From Chiloscyllium plagiosum (Eukaryota): DNA of 55,844 nucleotides. Under the pieces are notes generated by a model. That model was not told where the DNA came from. It worked only from the letters and a program-made list of their open reading frames with translations, and made no database searches. The DNA lies in the NCBI RefSeq assembly GCF_004010195.1, contig NC_057749.1, positions 14,481,142 to 14,536,985 of the forward strand, read 5' to 3'. This document shows, in pieces, positions 13,340 to 25,870 of the stretch (positions within the stretch are counted from its first letter, which is position 1; each line of letters opens with the position of its first letter). The position numbers were made by a program, and so were the translations under genes.

Positions 13340-15820
13340 TTTAAACTAAATGGGGATGGGTTAGGGGAAGGACTCAGTTATAGGGGAAATTAGAAAACCC
13401 GAATTGAAGAGGTAAGACTGCAGAACTCAGGAGAGGTTATTAAAATTACAAGCACAGACACAAATAGGACAGAGAGTATGGAAAGGATTAGCAATCAAAC
13501 TTCAAGCTCACCGGATAAACAAATGACAATGAGAAGAGGGACGGCTAATACAGGTCTGAAGGTGTTCTATCTGGATGCAGTCAGTATAAGAAATAAGGTA
13601 AATGAGCTTGTGGCATAGGTCAAAATTGGCAGGTATGATGTGGGCATCACGGAGATGTGGCTGCAAGGGGATCAGGATTGGGAGCTGAATATTCAAGGAT
13701 ATACATCTTGAAAAGATGGACAGGTGGGCAGAAGGGGTGAGGTTGTCTTATTAGTAAGAAATTAAATTAAATCAATAGTAAGAAACAAAGTAGGGTCAGA
13801 TGGTGTAGAATCTTTGTGAGTAGGATTGAGGAACTGCAAAGGTAAAAGAAAACATAGTTGGGGTTATATACAGGCCTCCAAATAGTAGTCAGGAGCTGAG
13901 GCTCAAAATACACCAGAATGTAGGAAAGGCAAAGTTATGGTGATCATGGGCGATTTCAATATGCAGGTGGCCTGGGAAAATCAGGTTGGTGATGGATTGC
14001 AAGAAAAGGAGGAATATCTATGACATGGCTTTTTGTAGCTGGTTGTGGTGGCGCCCACTCGGGAATAAGCAATACTGCATTTAGTGTTGTGCAATGAGGC
14101 AGACTTGATAAGGGAGCGTAAGGTGAAGGAACCCTTAGGAGGCAGTGATCATAATATGATTGAATTTTTATTCTGCAATTTGAGAGGGAGAAAATAGAAT
14201 CAGAGGTAACTGTATTACAGCTGAATAAAGGCAACTACAGAGGCATGAGGGAGGAGCTGGTAGAATTGACTGGTAGAGGAGCCTAGCAGGAAAGACAGTG
14301 GAATAGCAACGGCAGGAGTTTCTGGGAGTAATCAGGAGACAAACCAGAAATTCATCCTGAAGGAAAAGAAGCGTGGTACATGGACGATGAGACAACCGTG
14401 GCTGACTAGGAAAGTTAGGGATAGCATAAAAGCAAAAGAGAAAGCATATAATGTGGCAAAGGGCAGTGGAAAACCAGAGGATTGGGAAGCTTACAAAGAC
14501 CAGCAGGGCAACAAAAAAAAGGAGGGAATAGATCAAACATGAGGGTAAGCTAGCCAGTAATATAAAGGAAAACTGCAAGAGTTTCTTTAGATATATGAAC
14601 GGTAAATAAGAGGCAAAAGTGGACATTGAGCTGCTGGAAAATGACAACTCTAGAGATAGGAGTAGGGAACAAGGAAATGGCTGAGGAACTGAATAATATT
14701 TCACGTCAGTCTTCACAGTGGAAGACACAAGAATTATCCCAAAACTTCAAGAGAGTGAGAAGGCAGAGCTGAGTATAGTGGCCATCATCAAGGAGAAGGT
14801 GCTAGAAAATCTGAATGGCCTAAAGATGGATAGATCACCTGGACCAGATGGGCTATACCGCAGAGTTCTAAGGGAGATAGCTGAAGAGATACTGGTGGCG
14901 ATCTTTCAGCAATCGCTAGAATCAGGGAGGGTAACCAAAGGACTGGAAAATCACTAACATAATACCCCTGTTTAAAAAAGGATTAAGGTAAAAGACAGAA
15001 AATTACAGACCAATTAGCCTAATCTCAGTTGTGGGTAAGATCCTGGAATCTACTGTGAACGATGAGATTTCTGAATACTTGGAATTGTATGGTAAAATAG
15101 GGCAAAGTCAGCTTGGTTACATCAAGGGGAGCTGAAAATGTGTTGCTGGAAAAGCGCAGCAGGTCAGGCAGCATCCAGGGAACAGGAGAAACGTCGATTC
15201 TCCTGTTCCCTGGATGCTGCCTGACCTGCTGCGCTTTTCCAGCAACACATTTTCAGCTCTGATCTCCAGCATCTGCAGATCTCACTTTCTCCTCCTACAT
15301 CAAGGGGAGGTCATGCCTGACAAATCTGCTAGAATTCTTTGAGGAAATAACGAGCAGGTTAGGCCAAGGAGTCCCAACGGATGTTATCTACCTGGACTTC
15401 AAGAAAGCCTTTGACAAGGTGCCACACAGGAGGCTCTGAGGCCCATGGTGTCAGAGGCAAGGTGCTAGCATGGATAGAAGCTTGACTGTCTGGCAGAAAG
15501 CAGAGAGTGGGGATAAAAGGGTCTTTCTCAGGATAGCAGCTGGTGACAAGTGGTGTTCCGCAAAGCTCAGCATTGGGACCACAACTTTTCACTTTATACA
15601 TTAACGATCTAGATGAAGGAACTGAGGGCATTTTGGTTAAGTTTGCAAACGACAAAGATAGATAGAGGGACAGGTAGCATTGAGGAGGTGGGGAGGCTAC
15701 AGAAGGATTTGGACAGGTTAGGAGAGTGGGCAAAGAAATGGCAGATGGAGTACAATTTAGGAAAGTGTGAGGTCATGCACTTTCGTAGGAAGAAGAGGCA
15801 TGGGCTATTTTCTAAATGGG
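13340..15820 (+). mobile_element. Large degenerate CR1 LINE ORF2 segment (APE endonuclease + RT), frameshifted
   Basis: LKVFYLDAVSIRNKVNEL, ITEMWL, IMGDFN (atgggcgatttcaat), [42 protein letters not shown](Q)MEYN-KCEVMH, with many stops and frameshifts. Confidence 0.92.
15129..15259. repeat. Perfect 62-bp inverted repeat (7-nt loop) in a mini-element inserted into CR1
   Basis: 15129-15190 is the exact reverse complement of 15198-15259, loop acgtcga. The insert 15132-15295 is flanked by the 14-bp duplication tacatcaaggggag (15118-15131, 15296-15309). Confidence 0.92.
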
Positions 15821-17359
15821 GAGATGAGTTGCAGACGTTTCATCCCCTGTCTAGTTGATATCTTCAGTGTTTTGAGTACAGATTCCATATTTTGCTCCTC
15901 TTTACTGCTTCTAACTGTTGTGTAATGGCTTTGATGGCATTTGTCTTTGGATAAGATGAAAATTGGAACAGGTTCTGCTGTGAAGCTTTCCAAAGGCAAA
16001 TAGCTTATTGACACTCTCCATCCAGGTTTTGCAAATGAAGAGCAGCCTTTTTGATCAGCTGAGAGCGGATTGTACACATAGAACCTTTACTCAGAGATTT
16101 CAGGACTCGAAGGGAAAAAACTCAAGATTTCTTCAAAAAAAAAGTCTGCAATTAATATATTCAAAACATTACATTGATGGATTGCCAGCAGGTTTTGAGT
16201 GAATATGTGTGGATAATGTGGAGGTGGCTCCTACCCACAGAACGGAGGATCAGCTGTCCTACATTTGATGCAGTTACAGATTGTTCTGTCAAAATGTTCT
16301 GTTTTCTGCACAAAGAGATTTTTTAAAATGTTGTATATGTTTACTAATGTCTTAGTTTTTAACAGTCTTTCTGATTTGGTATTTAATGAAATGCACAAAT
16401 GAATCAAAATTGGGTTACTGATTAACCTTAAATATGGTGGTGTTGACCAGTCATAATGAAGGAATTTTGTGACTTCCTTCACCAGCACTAAAGGTCAGTT
16501 TTGATTAAAACATTAGCCTGCTTCTTTCTCTTTCAGGTGGTCAACCTGCTAATTCCAGTCATTGCAGTTTTTCTTAAAACTACTTTATCTTCAAATCTCT
16601 CCCCTCCTTCCCTGAAAACATTGAGTCCTTCCTTGGTCATGGTAGCACCAGTTACCCTGTTGTATTGTAAGTAATCAGAATGTACGACAAGCTTAATCAG
16701 AGAAAGAATTTGTCAGAGTTCCCATTTCTGATTACATCGACGTGGCTTGTGTATTTCAGGCACTCCGTGTGACTGTGGAGTGAAGACTTGAGGTGGGGTA
16801 GCAATCAATGTTGAATCACTTGCTTTGTAGGCCCTCACCTGAGGGACATAATGTTGATGGTTTGAGCAATTGGAACCTCCACATCTGACATACACATTCA
16901 GAAAAAGCAAGGTTTAGCCATCTACATTGTGTGACTCCTTTCAGTTGTACATTTGACCTCTTGTATGTCCCCTTTCACTCTCTGCCCATGTTTGTCTGTT
17001 CTATTATTTTTAAAAATTTGATCAACAGCTCAATTTCTCCATTTTTGGCTCACAGAAAATCTACAGTATAAAATGTTAAAAATTGCATGTAGCAGCTTAG
17101 TTGCTGCTGCTTTACAATGTAATTAAAGGTGCTTCATCATCTGGTAAATTGCTTCAGAAGACAATTTATCAGGTGAATGAATGAAAGGAGAGCATAAAGG
17201 CACATTGGCAGTACAATGTTATTGCTATGTGATTGGTGTTTCAAAGTTAATTAATGCCAAGTCCTTGAAGGGCTTATTCACTTATATTTCTCCCTGCATT
17301 TCCTTGAGCCTTGCCAGGCCCCATCAGATGTAGGATTGGTAGCCAGTAATCATGGATGA

Positions 17360-17722
17360 ATAGAATCATAGAATTCCTACAGTGTGGGAGCAGACTGTTC
17401 GGCCCATCAGGTCCACACCAACCCTCAGAAAAACAGCCCACCCAGGCACAACCCCCACCCTATCCTTGTAATCCTGCATTTCCCATGACTAATCCATCTA
17501 TCTTGGAGATCCCTGGACAATATAGGCAATTTCCCATGGCCAGTCCATCTAACCTGCACATCTTAGGACTGTGGAAGGAAACCACAGAACCCAGAGGAAA
17601 CCTATGCAGACACGGGGAGAATGTACAAACTCCACACAGACAGTCGCCCTAGAATGGAATCGAACCTGGGTCCCTGGAGCTGTGAGATAGCAGTGCTAAC
17701 CACTGAGCCACCCTGCTGCCCC
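17360..17722 (-). mobile_element. HE1-type V-SINE, near full length
   Basis: Reverse HE1: gcagtgctaaccactgagccacc, atcgaacctgggtccctgg, cacggggagaatgtacaaactccacaca. Confidence 0.9.
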
Positions 17723-18914
17723 AAAAATAGAATGGGACCCTCCCAAATCCAATTTATGCATCATAATTCTGAGGAGTAGCAAAGATGAGTACAGTGTTAT
17801 TACCATATTTGATGTTTTCAGGTCACTCTCTACCTCTCCTAAAGTCACTGGCTTTTGCTGGGGTATATTTGTGCAGGCACCTGCTGTCCTCTGGTAATTT
17901 ATCCAAACTGGTATTCCTCATGTGAATTGGAGGAACACCAGCTGTCAAGTCGGTCCATCATTGGAGAGTATCACAGCTGAGCCCTAGACTTGTTTTACAT
18001 CATGATCATAGGGAACATTACTACAAGTTTAATACTGTCTATGTACACATAAGGTACAATTTCATATAGCCCACAGGAGTGAGCCGAGAGGTGGGATGGG
18101 CATAGAATTAGGAGGGGCAGTGCCCATCACCTTCTCAACTCCCAACAATTCAGTCAAAGTTGGGGAATTTTGAGGATGGCCACTTTGTTCAGAAGCCAGT
18201 TGAGGCCCTGAAGTGATTGAATAAGGATCACTTGGAGGTCTGTTGGTCCTGCATGTTGGCATTCCAACATGGGAGAGTGGGCCATCTATAGCTCAGTAAA
18301 AACTATCTACCTTTTTCTGAATAAGTTGGAGGTCAGGGTGTGCGATCCTTCTAGTTGGACACCATAGAAGGCCATTGTCCCTGAAACACCTCATCCCTAC
18401 AGCCTTTGGGAACACACACCACCTAGTCAGGATCTGTCTGACCATCCTGCTCTATTTTCAAGCTTTCTGCACACTAGCATTGTCGGGTTGTAGTCCCAGC
18501 ACACCCAGCGATATTTCTGAGACTGAAGAACAATTGGCATTTCAATTCTCCGGCAGTTCTTGGAGGGGCATCGTCACCTTTAAAGGGGTATATCCCCTGA
18601 TGGCAGGTTTTTAATTTCCTGACGGGCATAGAGTTATATAGGGGTTCTCACTTATGTGAAGAAATTGACCCCAGGTTTTTAGCCTGCCACTGGGGCTCCC
18701 AGCATCAAATTCTACCCATAATTATCAGTAGAAGAAACTGGATAAAGAGTGGGAGTTCAGGCTAATCTTCCCAGGCCACTCATTTTTCCTTTACATTTTA
18801 AAATAATTAGACTAATTATGACACCCCTACTGTTTCTTTGAATGAAATCATATAATCTGGTGCAGCCTAAATACTATTATAAATGGTCCTGTAATTGCTG
18901 TTCTACGTAGAAGT

Positions 18915-19090
18915 GGGGGTCAATGAGCTCAGTTGACTGGTCATCTGGTTTGAAATGCAAAGTTGCACAAACAGCATTGGATTCAATTCCCACACAGGCT
19001 GAGGTCACCATGAAGGTCTCTTTCTTACAACCTTTCCCCTCCCTTGAGGCATTATGACCCTCAGGTTAAGCCACCACTGGTCGACTCAGC
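18915..19090 (+). mobile_element. tRNA-like SINE (second copy at 32079-32410)
   Basis: ggggtcaatgagctcagttg...ggattcaattccc...gctgaggtcaccatgaagg...gaccctcaggttaagccacc is shared with 32079-32410. Confidence 0.6.
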
Positions 19091-19449
19091 AACTTTGCCT
19101 TTTATTATATAATCCTTTGGCATTACGCCATCAGAGTGGAGTGCCATTGCTAAATGGACTCCAGCAATTTCGGTTGAGCCCGAACACTCTTGCTAGCCAG
19201 CAATGTTGCATATTTCAGGCGAGCATAGATATGGCCAAATACACTGGGTGGGAAGACTGAAAAATATTTAAATATGACCTTTATCACTGCCAACAGAAAA
19301 TAATAGGATGGAGAGTTGGAGACTACTTGCTAATTATTCTGAAGTTACAGTGTAGTCATAACCACATCTTATTCCTTGCTTCAATGATCATAGTTAAGGA
19401 AAGTCATTCACCACAAGATCCTAATGCTGACCTACACTGGCTTATATTT

Positions 19450-19840
19450 GAATAACATCTTGTTTTTATCATTCTTATCCTTGATTTCAAATCCCTCCAT
19501 GCTTATTCCTGCTTTCTGTAATTACCTCCATCTTCTCAGCCGTTGAAGATATCGCCACTCCTCTAACTCTTGCCTCTTGTGCAACTTTGATTTTAATAAT
19601 TTCACTATTGATGGCCATGTCTTTCGCTGCTGAGGCTCTAGGCTCTGAAAATCCCCTCCTTACATCTTGCTTTTTTCTTTTAGTTCACCCCTTAAACCTA
19701 TCTCTTTGACCAAACATTTAGTGATCTGACCAATATTTTGATATTTGACTCAGTGATATATTTTGTTTTCTTAGGCTCCTAAGTGCCTTGACACAGTTCC
19801 TTATGTTTAAGGAGCTTTATGAGTATAACTTGTTATTGTA
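19450..19840 (+). mobile_element. L2-like LINE 3' end, old
   Basis: cttaaacctatctctttgaccaa...aggagctttatgagtataacttgttattg tail. Similar copies at ~21960-22268, ~30940-31157 and ~33980-34476. Confidence 0.6.
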
Positions 19841-20136
19841 CAAAAAACAGCTTCTTTGAGTGAAAGCAATGAAGGGACCAGTTTCCCACAATGCATTAAG
19901 ATTATATTCATCCCCAGCTGATAGTACTGTGCTTCAGCAGGCAAGCCACCACTGAATTGGAAAGTTCTTTTTTCTGGTCGTTAAGCAGAGCATTTAGTAG
20001 AGACTGTGGTGCTAGAAAATTGCTTTTGAAACATTGTTAGCTTTCTCCACCATTCCATTTTAAGGAAAATTGCCACTGCCCAGATTCACTTCATGCTACA
20101 GTCCCAGCAGTAACTTGTTTAGAGACCTGATCTTCG

Positions 20137-20467
20137 TAGAATCCCTATAATGTTGAAAGAGGCCATTTGTCCATCAAGTCCATGTCAACCCTCCAAAGAG
20201 TATCTCAACCAGACCTCTACATTATCTCTGTAATTCCACATTTACCATAGTTAGTCCACCTAGTCTGCACAACCCTGAACACTAAAGGCCAATTCAGCAT
20301 GGCCATCTCACCTAATCTGCACATCTTTGGATAACGAGAGGAAATTGGAGCAAACCCTTCCAGACTCGGGGAAAACATGCACAGATAGTCGCCCAAGGCC
20401 AGAATCGAACCTGGACCCCTAGCGCTGTGAAGCAATAGTGGTAACAACTGAGCCACCATGCTGCCCA
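20137..20467 (-). mobile_element. HE1-type V-SINE
   Basis: Reverse HE1: actgagccaccatgctgccc, atcgaacctggacccctagcgctgtga. Confidence 0.85.
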
Positions 20468-22796
20468 CAATTAAAGTTCCCTTCAGTAGAATCATTGAAC
20501 AATGGGGAGGATCCTAAGCTCAAACTGCAGAGACTTGGAAACCATCCCCTTGTCATAAATAATGCTGGACAGTAGGAGAAAGAATAGGAATAGAGCTGAA
20601 TCCTCTTATTAATTATATTTCAAGTGAGTGCTCCATGAGTTGAGACTGTGAAACTTATTAATTAACAAACCACATGAGAGAAGACTGCTCATGAGTGGCC
20701 CTGACTTGCTGGACTTACTGACTGACTTGCCATTTGCGGGAAGTCTTAGCAGCCTTCCGTCTCTTGGTGATTAACTCTGTTAAGTGGGGGTGCTTTGCCT
20801 GCTCCACTCTAGCGTACCAATCTCTGTTACGATTACTGCAAAGAGAGTTTGCTGAGAAGGCTTATGCTTGGCCACTATTTTCTCTGGATCCTCTCCTTGG
20901 CCAGCTGAGCTTTTCATTTCTTTTTGTCTCTAAATTGACCTTCCAAACAGTCAGCCTCCAGGACTCACTGCTGTTTGCAATTGTTGTCAGTTCTAAATAT
21001 CAATAGGCAGTAGCCATGGCTTGACTGGTTAAGGTAATAGGCAAGAATTCTATCAGTATCCCCCGAGCAGAGGATAATAAGTACTGTCAGGGAAAATGGC
21101 TACCTTGACAGAATTCCTAGGTTACGTTGATCTTTGGATGTTCATGCTACATGTTCTGCAAGAAAATTCAAATCTGAATGCTCCAGATTATTTCTGTCAT
21201 TGACTTAGATTCAGAATTCTTGAAGTTCATTATTTTAAACAAAAATGAAAACACATCCAACCCAATGCCAACCATTGACCGAGTACCAATCAAACTGCCA
21301 AAAGTGGATTGCTTTTTGTTTTTTAACTTCGTTCCTGCAAATATTTTATGAACCATACTGGCTTTTGGTGAATTTTTTAGGTTCTAATACCATAGCTGAG
21401 CACCCTGAACTTTCTGGTTATCCAGTAAGCTTTCAGTAACTCGTCTGCATATCCACAATATCATTTTCTTACCAATCAAACTGTTTTCTTTGCTAAACTG
21501 TTAATTTGCCTCCTGTGAATCAGTGATGTGTTTTTATGCAGGAACAGATTTTAATAATTTTCCATAATATGTTCACATGCACAATGAGAAGAACAGTCAG
21601 GAATTCATTATTAACATATTCCAGAAATATAATTTTGCGGGAGGAATCTGTCGTCTATTTCTCTGTAAACAGTAGTAATGACATTCCAATTGTCTGATGT
21701 GATCTGTATACAATAAAGAAGCTAGAATCTTCTAATGAAAAGTAAATATTTCCAAATAAAATTGAAGTTATTAATGCTTTTACAAGGGAGAGATTTAACC
21801 AGCCTCTGACTTTCTTTCTTGAAATATGTTTTGGGAAGATAAGATGAAAACTTTGTTTTTAAGAGGAACATAGGACTTCAGCAAGAATAGCTCACTCCTT
21901 CTCCATCTCTCCTGATCCTCCTTTCTCTATTGTAATTAATATTATTATTATTTCTCAACTTCTCATCCCAACCCTTTTAATATGTGTGCCTCTAATTCTG
22001 GCCTCTTGTGCATTCCAAATGCTAACCACTCTGCCATTGATGGCTATGCCTTCAGTTGTCTGGATCCTAATCTTAGGGATTTTCTTCCTGCAGCTATTTA
22101 TCCATTTCATTTTCCACCTTAACTCTGTCCTTGAAAACCTACCTGCTTGACCAAGAGTTTAGTCAGCTGACCTACTATCTCTCAACTTGGCATGGTGTAG
22201 TACTTTTATAATGCCTTGGGATGTTTCCTTACATTAAAGATGGAATATAAATTTCCGATGCTGTTGTTGCTCCAGAGCCTCGGATTTGCTAACTTTTCTT
22301 TACAATTGTAAAAACACCATCATCTCCTGTTCTAACTCATTCTTTCTCCTGGCTCTTCTTTGATCTCTTTATGTTCCAAAGACCTTTAAAATGCAAGATT
22401 GTTAACATTTAGCTATTAGTACTTAATGTAACTTCTACTTTTTTCAATGTTGAGTGTTATCTTGAACTATTGCACTCAAGGCTTCACCTAGATTTCCCAA
22501 TGACAAAAGGAAAGATTTATACAATTTCCCAAAGCCCTGGATTAATGTTTTTTGGCCTGTAGCTTTTTGAAAGCTTCTGAATTTAAATTTAAATTTTAGT
22601 TAGATCATTTATAACTGCCTCTCATTTGCACAATAAAACATAGAAATGCGAAAATGTTGTATGCTGTTTTTCAAACAAATGCTTATCCTTATACTATATC
22701 AGCTCTGACAGCTTGGTGTGTGGAATTAAATGTTTCCCAGGTTGGCTGCATAGTTTTCCATCGTAAATCATGAAAGGGAAATAATGGTTCAGAACA

Positions 22797-23337
22797 TAGA
22801 GTCATAGAGATGTACAGCATGGAGACAGACTCTTCAGTCCAACCCGTCCATGCCGACCAGACATCCCAACCCAATCTAGTCCCACCTGCCAACACCCAGC
22901 CCATATCCCTCCAAACCCTTCCTATTCATATACCCATCCAAATGCCTCTTAAATGTTGCAATTGTACCAGCCTCCACCACATCCTCTGGCAGCTCATTCC
23001 ATACACGTACCACCCTCTGCGTGAAAAAGTTGCCCCTTAGGTCTCTTTTATATCTTTCCCCTCTCACCCTAAACCTATGCCCTCTAGTTCTGGACTCCCC
23101 GACCCCAGGGAAAAGACTTTGTCTATTTATCCTATCCATGCCCCTCATAATTTTGTAAACCTCTATAAGGTCACCCCTCAGCCTCTGACGCTCCAGGGAA
23201 AACAGCCCCAGCCTGTTCAGCCTCTCCCTGTAGCTCAGATCCTCCAACCCTGGCAACATCCTTGTAAATCTTTTCTGAACCCTTTCAAGTTTCACAACAT
23301 CTTTCCGTTAGGAAGGAGACCAGAATTGCACGCAATA
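22797..23337 (-). mobile_element. Young HER1/CR1 LINE 3' fragment (open frame 22876-23295)
   Basis: KLERVQKRFTRMLPGLEDLSYRERLNRLGLFSLERQRLRGDLIEVYKIMRG...WNELPEDVVEAGT is the CR1 RT C-terminus. Confidence 0.95.
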
Positions 23338-24484
23338 TTATTTTATATCTTTCCCCTCTCACCCTAAATCTATGCCCTATAACATGACAGGAAGACTTTA
23401 TTTATAGAAATCAAACACATGATTTAAATAATTTTGAATAATTTATTAGTTATCCATAGAATTGTTACATTACAGAAGGAGGCCATTTGGCCCATCATGT
23501 TTGGTTCAGCTCTCTGCAAGAACAACTTAGCTACTGCCACTCCCTAGCTTTTACCCTGTAGTCCTGCAAAACTTTCCTCTTTAGTGTCAATTTTATGTGA
23601 CAGTTGTCAACTCTGTACGTATTCTTGGAGGTTAGACCATATCACCTCTAGCCTCCTTAGCCAATCAAAAGTCCTTTCCATCACACCAATATTTTATTTA
23701 GAAACTAAGAGAATAAACTGTCAAAATTATTTATTTTATAATGTGCAATTTTTTTTGTAATGATTGCTCCCTGTTTTGTGCAGGAAAATTAATTGCAAAT
23801 CCTGGAAAGACATTTCAGTAGCACAAAAGTTATTGAATGAAACTGATTCCAAGGCAGAGGAGTGGGTGTTGGGAATATAAAATGGGATGGTTTTCAGATG
23901 GGCTTTGGACTGGGAGCATCTTGGAACAAGTGTAAGTAATTGACTGTGCCTAGTTCCTGCTCAGCTGCAGTTGTTTCCTGTGGTCAAACTGCAATTGAAA
24001 TCTTTTGAGTCACGTTTTTCCGTTGCCAGGAAACCTGGAGAATGTTTCACTGATGGAATGGGGGGAGGAAGGGGATAGAAGAAAGCTGAACTGCAGGAAA
24101 CCTCTCAGGACGCATGTGTCACAGGTCTGACAAATTTCCTTACTGTGTTTGAGGATGTTTAAGTCATTTCATTAGGACAAGCTCCATAGCTTTGCCAGGA
24201 TCTGTATCCGTAGACAGAAATAACTGCATGTTCAGCAAAAGTTTATTTTTAATGTTGTGTGTGTGATTCATATCTCATTGAATTACTTACCCTGAGATCA
24301 AGTAGAATCCATGCAATAACTGTTTGCGAGATGGGCTGAAAAGATAAACAGACTCTTGTGGGTTTTTTTCAGCTGGTTGAAGTAGCTTATCCCGAAGGGT
24401 CATTCTCTATGGGTGATCCAAGACACTGATCATCCAATTGGGAAGTGTGCATCTGTGGACAGATGTAATTCTTAAAAAAAAAAA

Positions 24485-24945
24485 ATTCTTTCACAGGATA
24501 TGGGTGTTGCTGGCAAAGCCAGGATTTATTGTGCTTCCCTAACTTCCTTTGAAAAGGTGGTGGTGCCTTCTTGAACCGCTACAGTCCATGTGGTATAGAT
24601 ACACCCATTACTGTCAGGAAGGAAGTTCCAGGACTTTGAACCAGCAACTGTTAAGGGTGATGTAGTTCCAACTCAGGATGGTCTGTGGCTTGAAAAGCAA
24701 TGCGTAGGTGTTGCTATCCCTGTGCTTCTGCTACCCTTGTCCTTCTAGGTGCTAGATGTCACAGATTTGGAAGATGCTGTTGAAAGCCCCTTGGTGACTT
24801 GCTGCATTGTATTTTTTAGATAGCATACATTGATGCCACTGTGCATCAGTGGTGGCAAGCATAATTGTTGAAGATGGTGAATGTGGCACCAGTCAAGTAG
24901 GCAGGTTAGTCCTGGATAGTATCAAGCTTCTTGAGTGTTGTTAGA
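24485..24945 (-). mobile_element. L2/Crack-like LINE 3' end
   Basis: Similar to 46330-46925, whose minus-strand translation gives ...LREHLPNPRPL...FHSKPLTILTWKYIA. Confidence 0.65.
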
Positions 24946-25199
24946 TTTTAGGACAATTTCAAGTTTGCTTGGATTTCTCTTCTGGATATCCTGCTGACCC
25001 TCATTGTCCAAGTTCACACATGTAGAAAGGCCACTTGGATGAGGAACTGGAATCTGGTGTCACCTGGGATTCTGCACACCATCTTCTGACAAGAAAATTA
25101 AAGGGAATGGTGTGAGATTGTGTTCCCTCGATTGTAATAGTGATTATATTTCAAATGTTTTCTTCAATAACTGCAAATCAATATAATACAATGCACTAC

Positions 25200-25870
25200 A
25201 ATTATACAATACAATTCAATACAGTATAGGAACAGGCCCTTCGGCCCACCAAGTCTGCACAGATTCAAATCCTTATTTAGACTCGCTATTTCTTGCCCTT
25301 ACATGGTTCTTATCTTGCTTCACCTCCCCTTTATATATCTATCAAGTTACACCTTAAACATTGCTAATGAGCTTGCATCCACTACCTTCACTGGCAGTGC
25401 ATTCCAGGCACCCACCACGTTCTGTGTGGAAAGTTTCCCTCAACTTCTTCCCGAAACTTCCTGCCCTCACCTTGAACCTGTGCCTTCTTGTGGTTGACCT
25501 TTCCACCCTGGGAAAATATCTCTGACTATCCATCCTATCTATGCTTATAATAATTTTGTAGATCTCTTATCAGATCAACCTCTGTCAGAAAGCTTCCGTC
25601 TTTCCAATGAAATCAATCCAGGTTTATCTAACCTCTCCTTGTAACTAAAACCCTCCAAACCAAGCAACATCCTGGTAAACCATGTGTGCACCCTCTCCAA
25701 AGCATCCGTGTCTTGGTAGTGTGGCAACTAGAACTGCACTCAATATTTCAAATGTGGCCTAACTGAAATTTTGTATAGTTGTTACATAACTTGCCAACTT
25801 TTATATTGAATGCACCAGCCAATGAAGGCAAGCGTGGTATGTGCCTTCCTGACTACCTTATCCACCTGGA
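25200..25870 (-). mobile_element. CR1-type LINE 3' fragment with (aatac)n tail
   Basis: ggcccttcggcccac tail, reverse of gataaggtagtcaggaaggcacatacc...ttggagagggtgcacac. Confidence 0.75.

Noticed and set aside
13508..15858. Cluster of ORFs on both strands
   Set aside because: Fragments and antisense frames of a decayed CR1 ORF2.
22876..23295. 139-aa ORF as a host gene
   Set aside because: It is the CR1/HER1 reverse transcriptase C-terminus.
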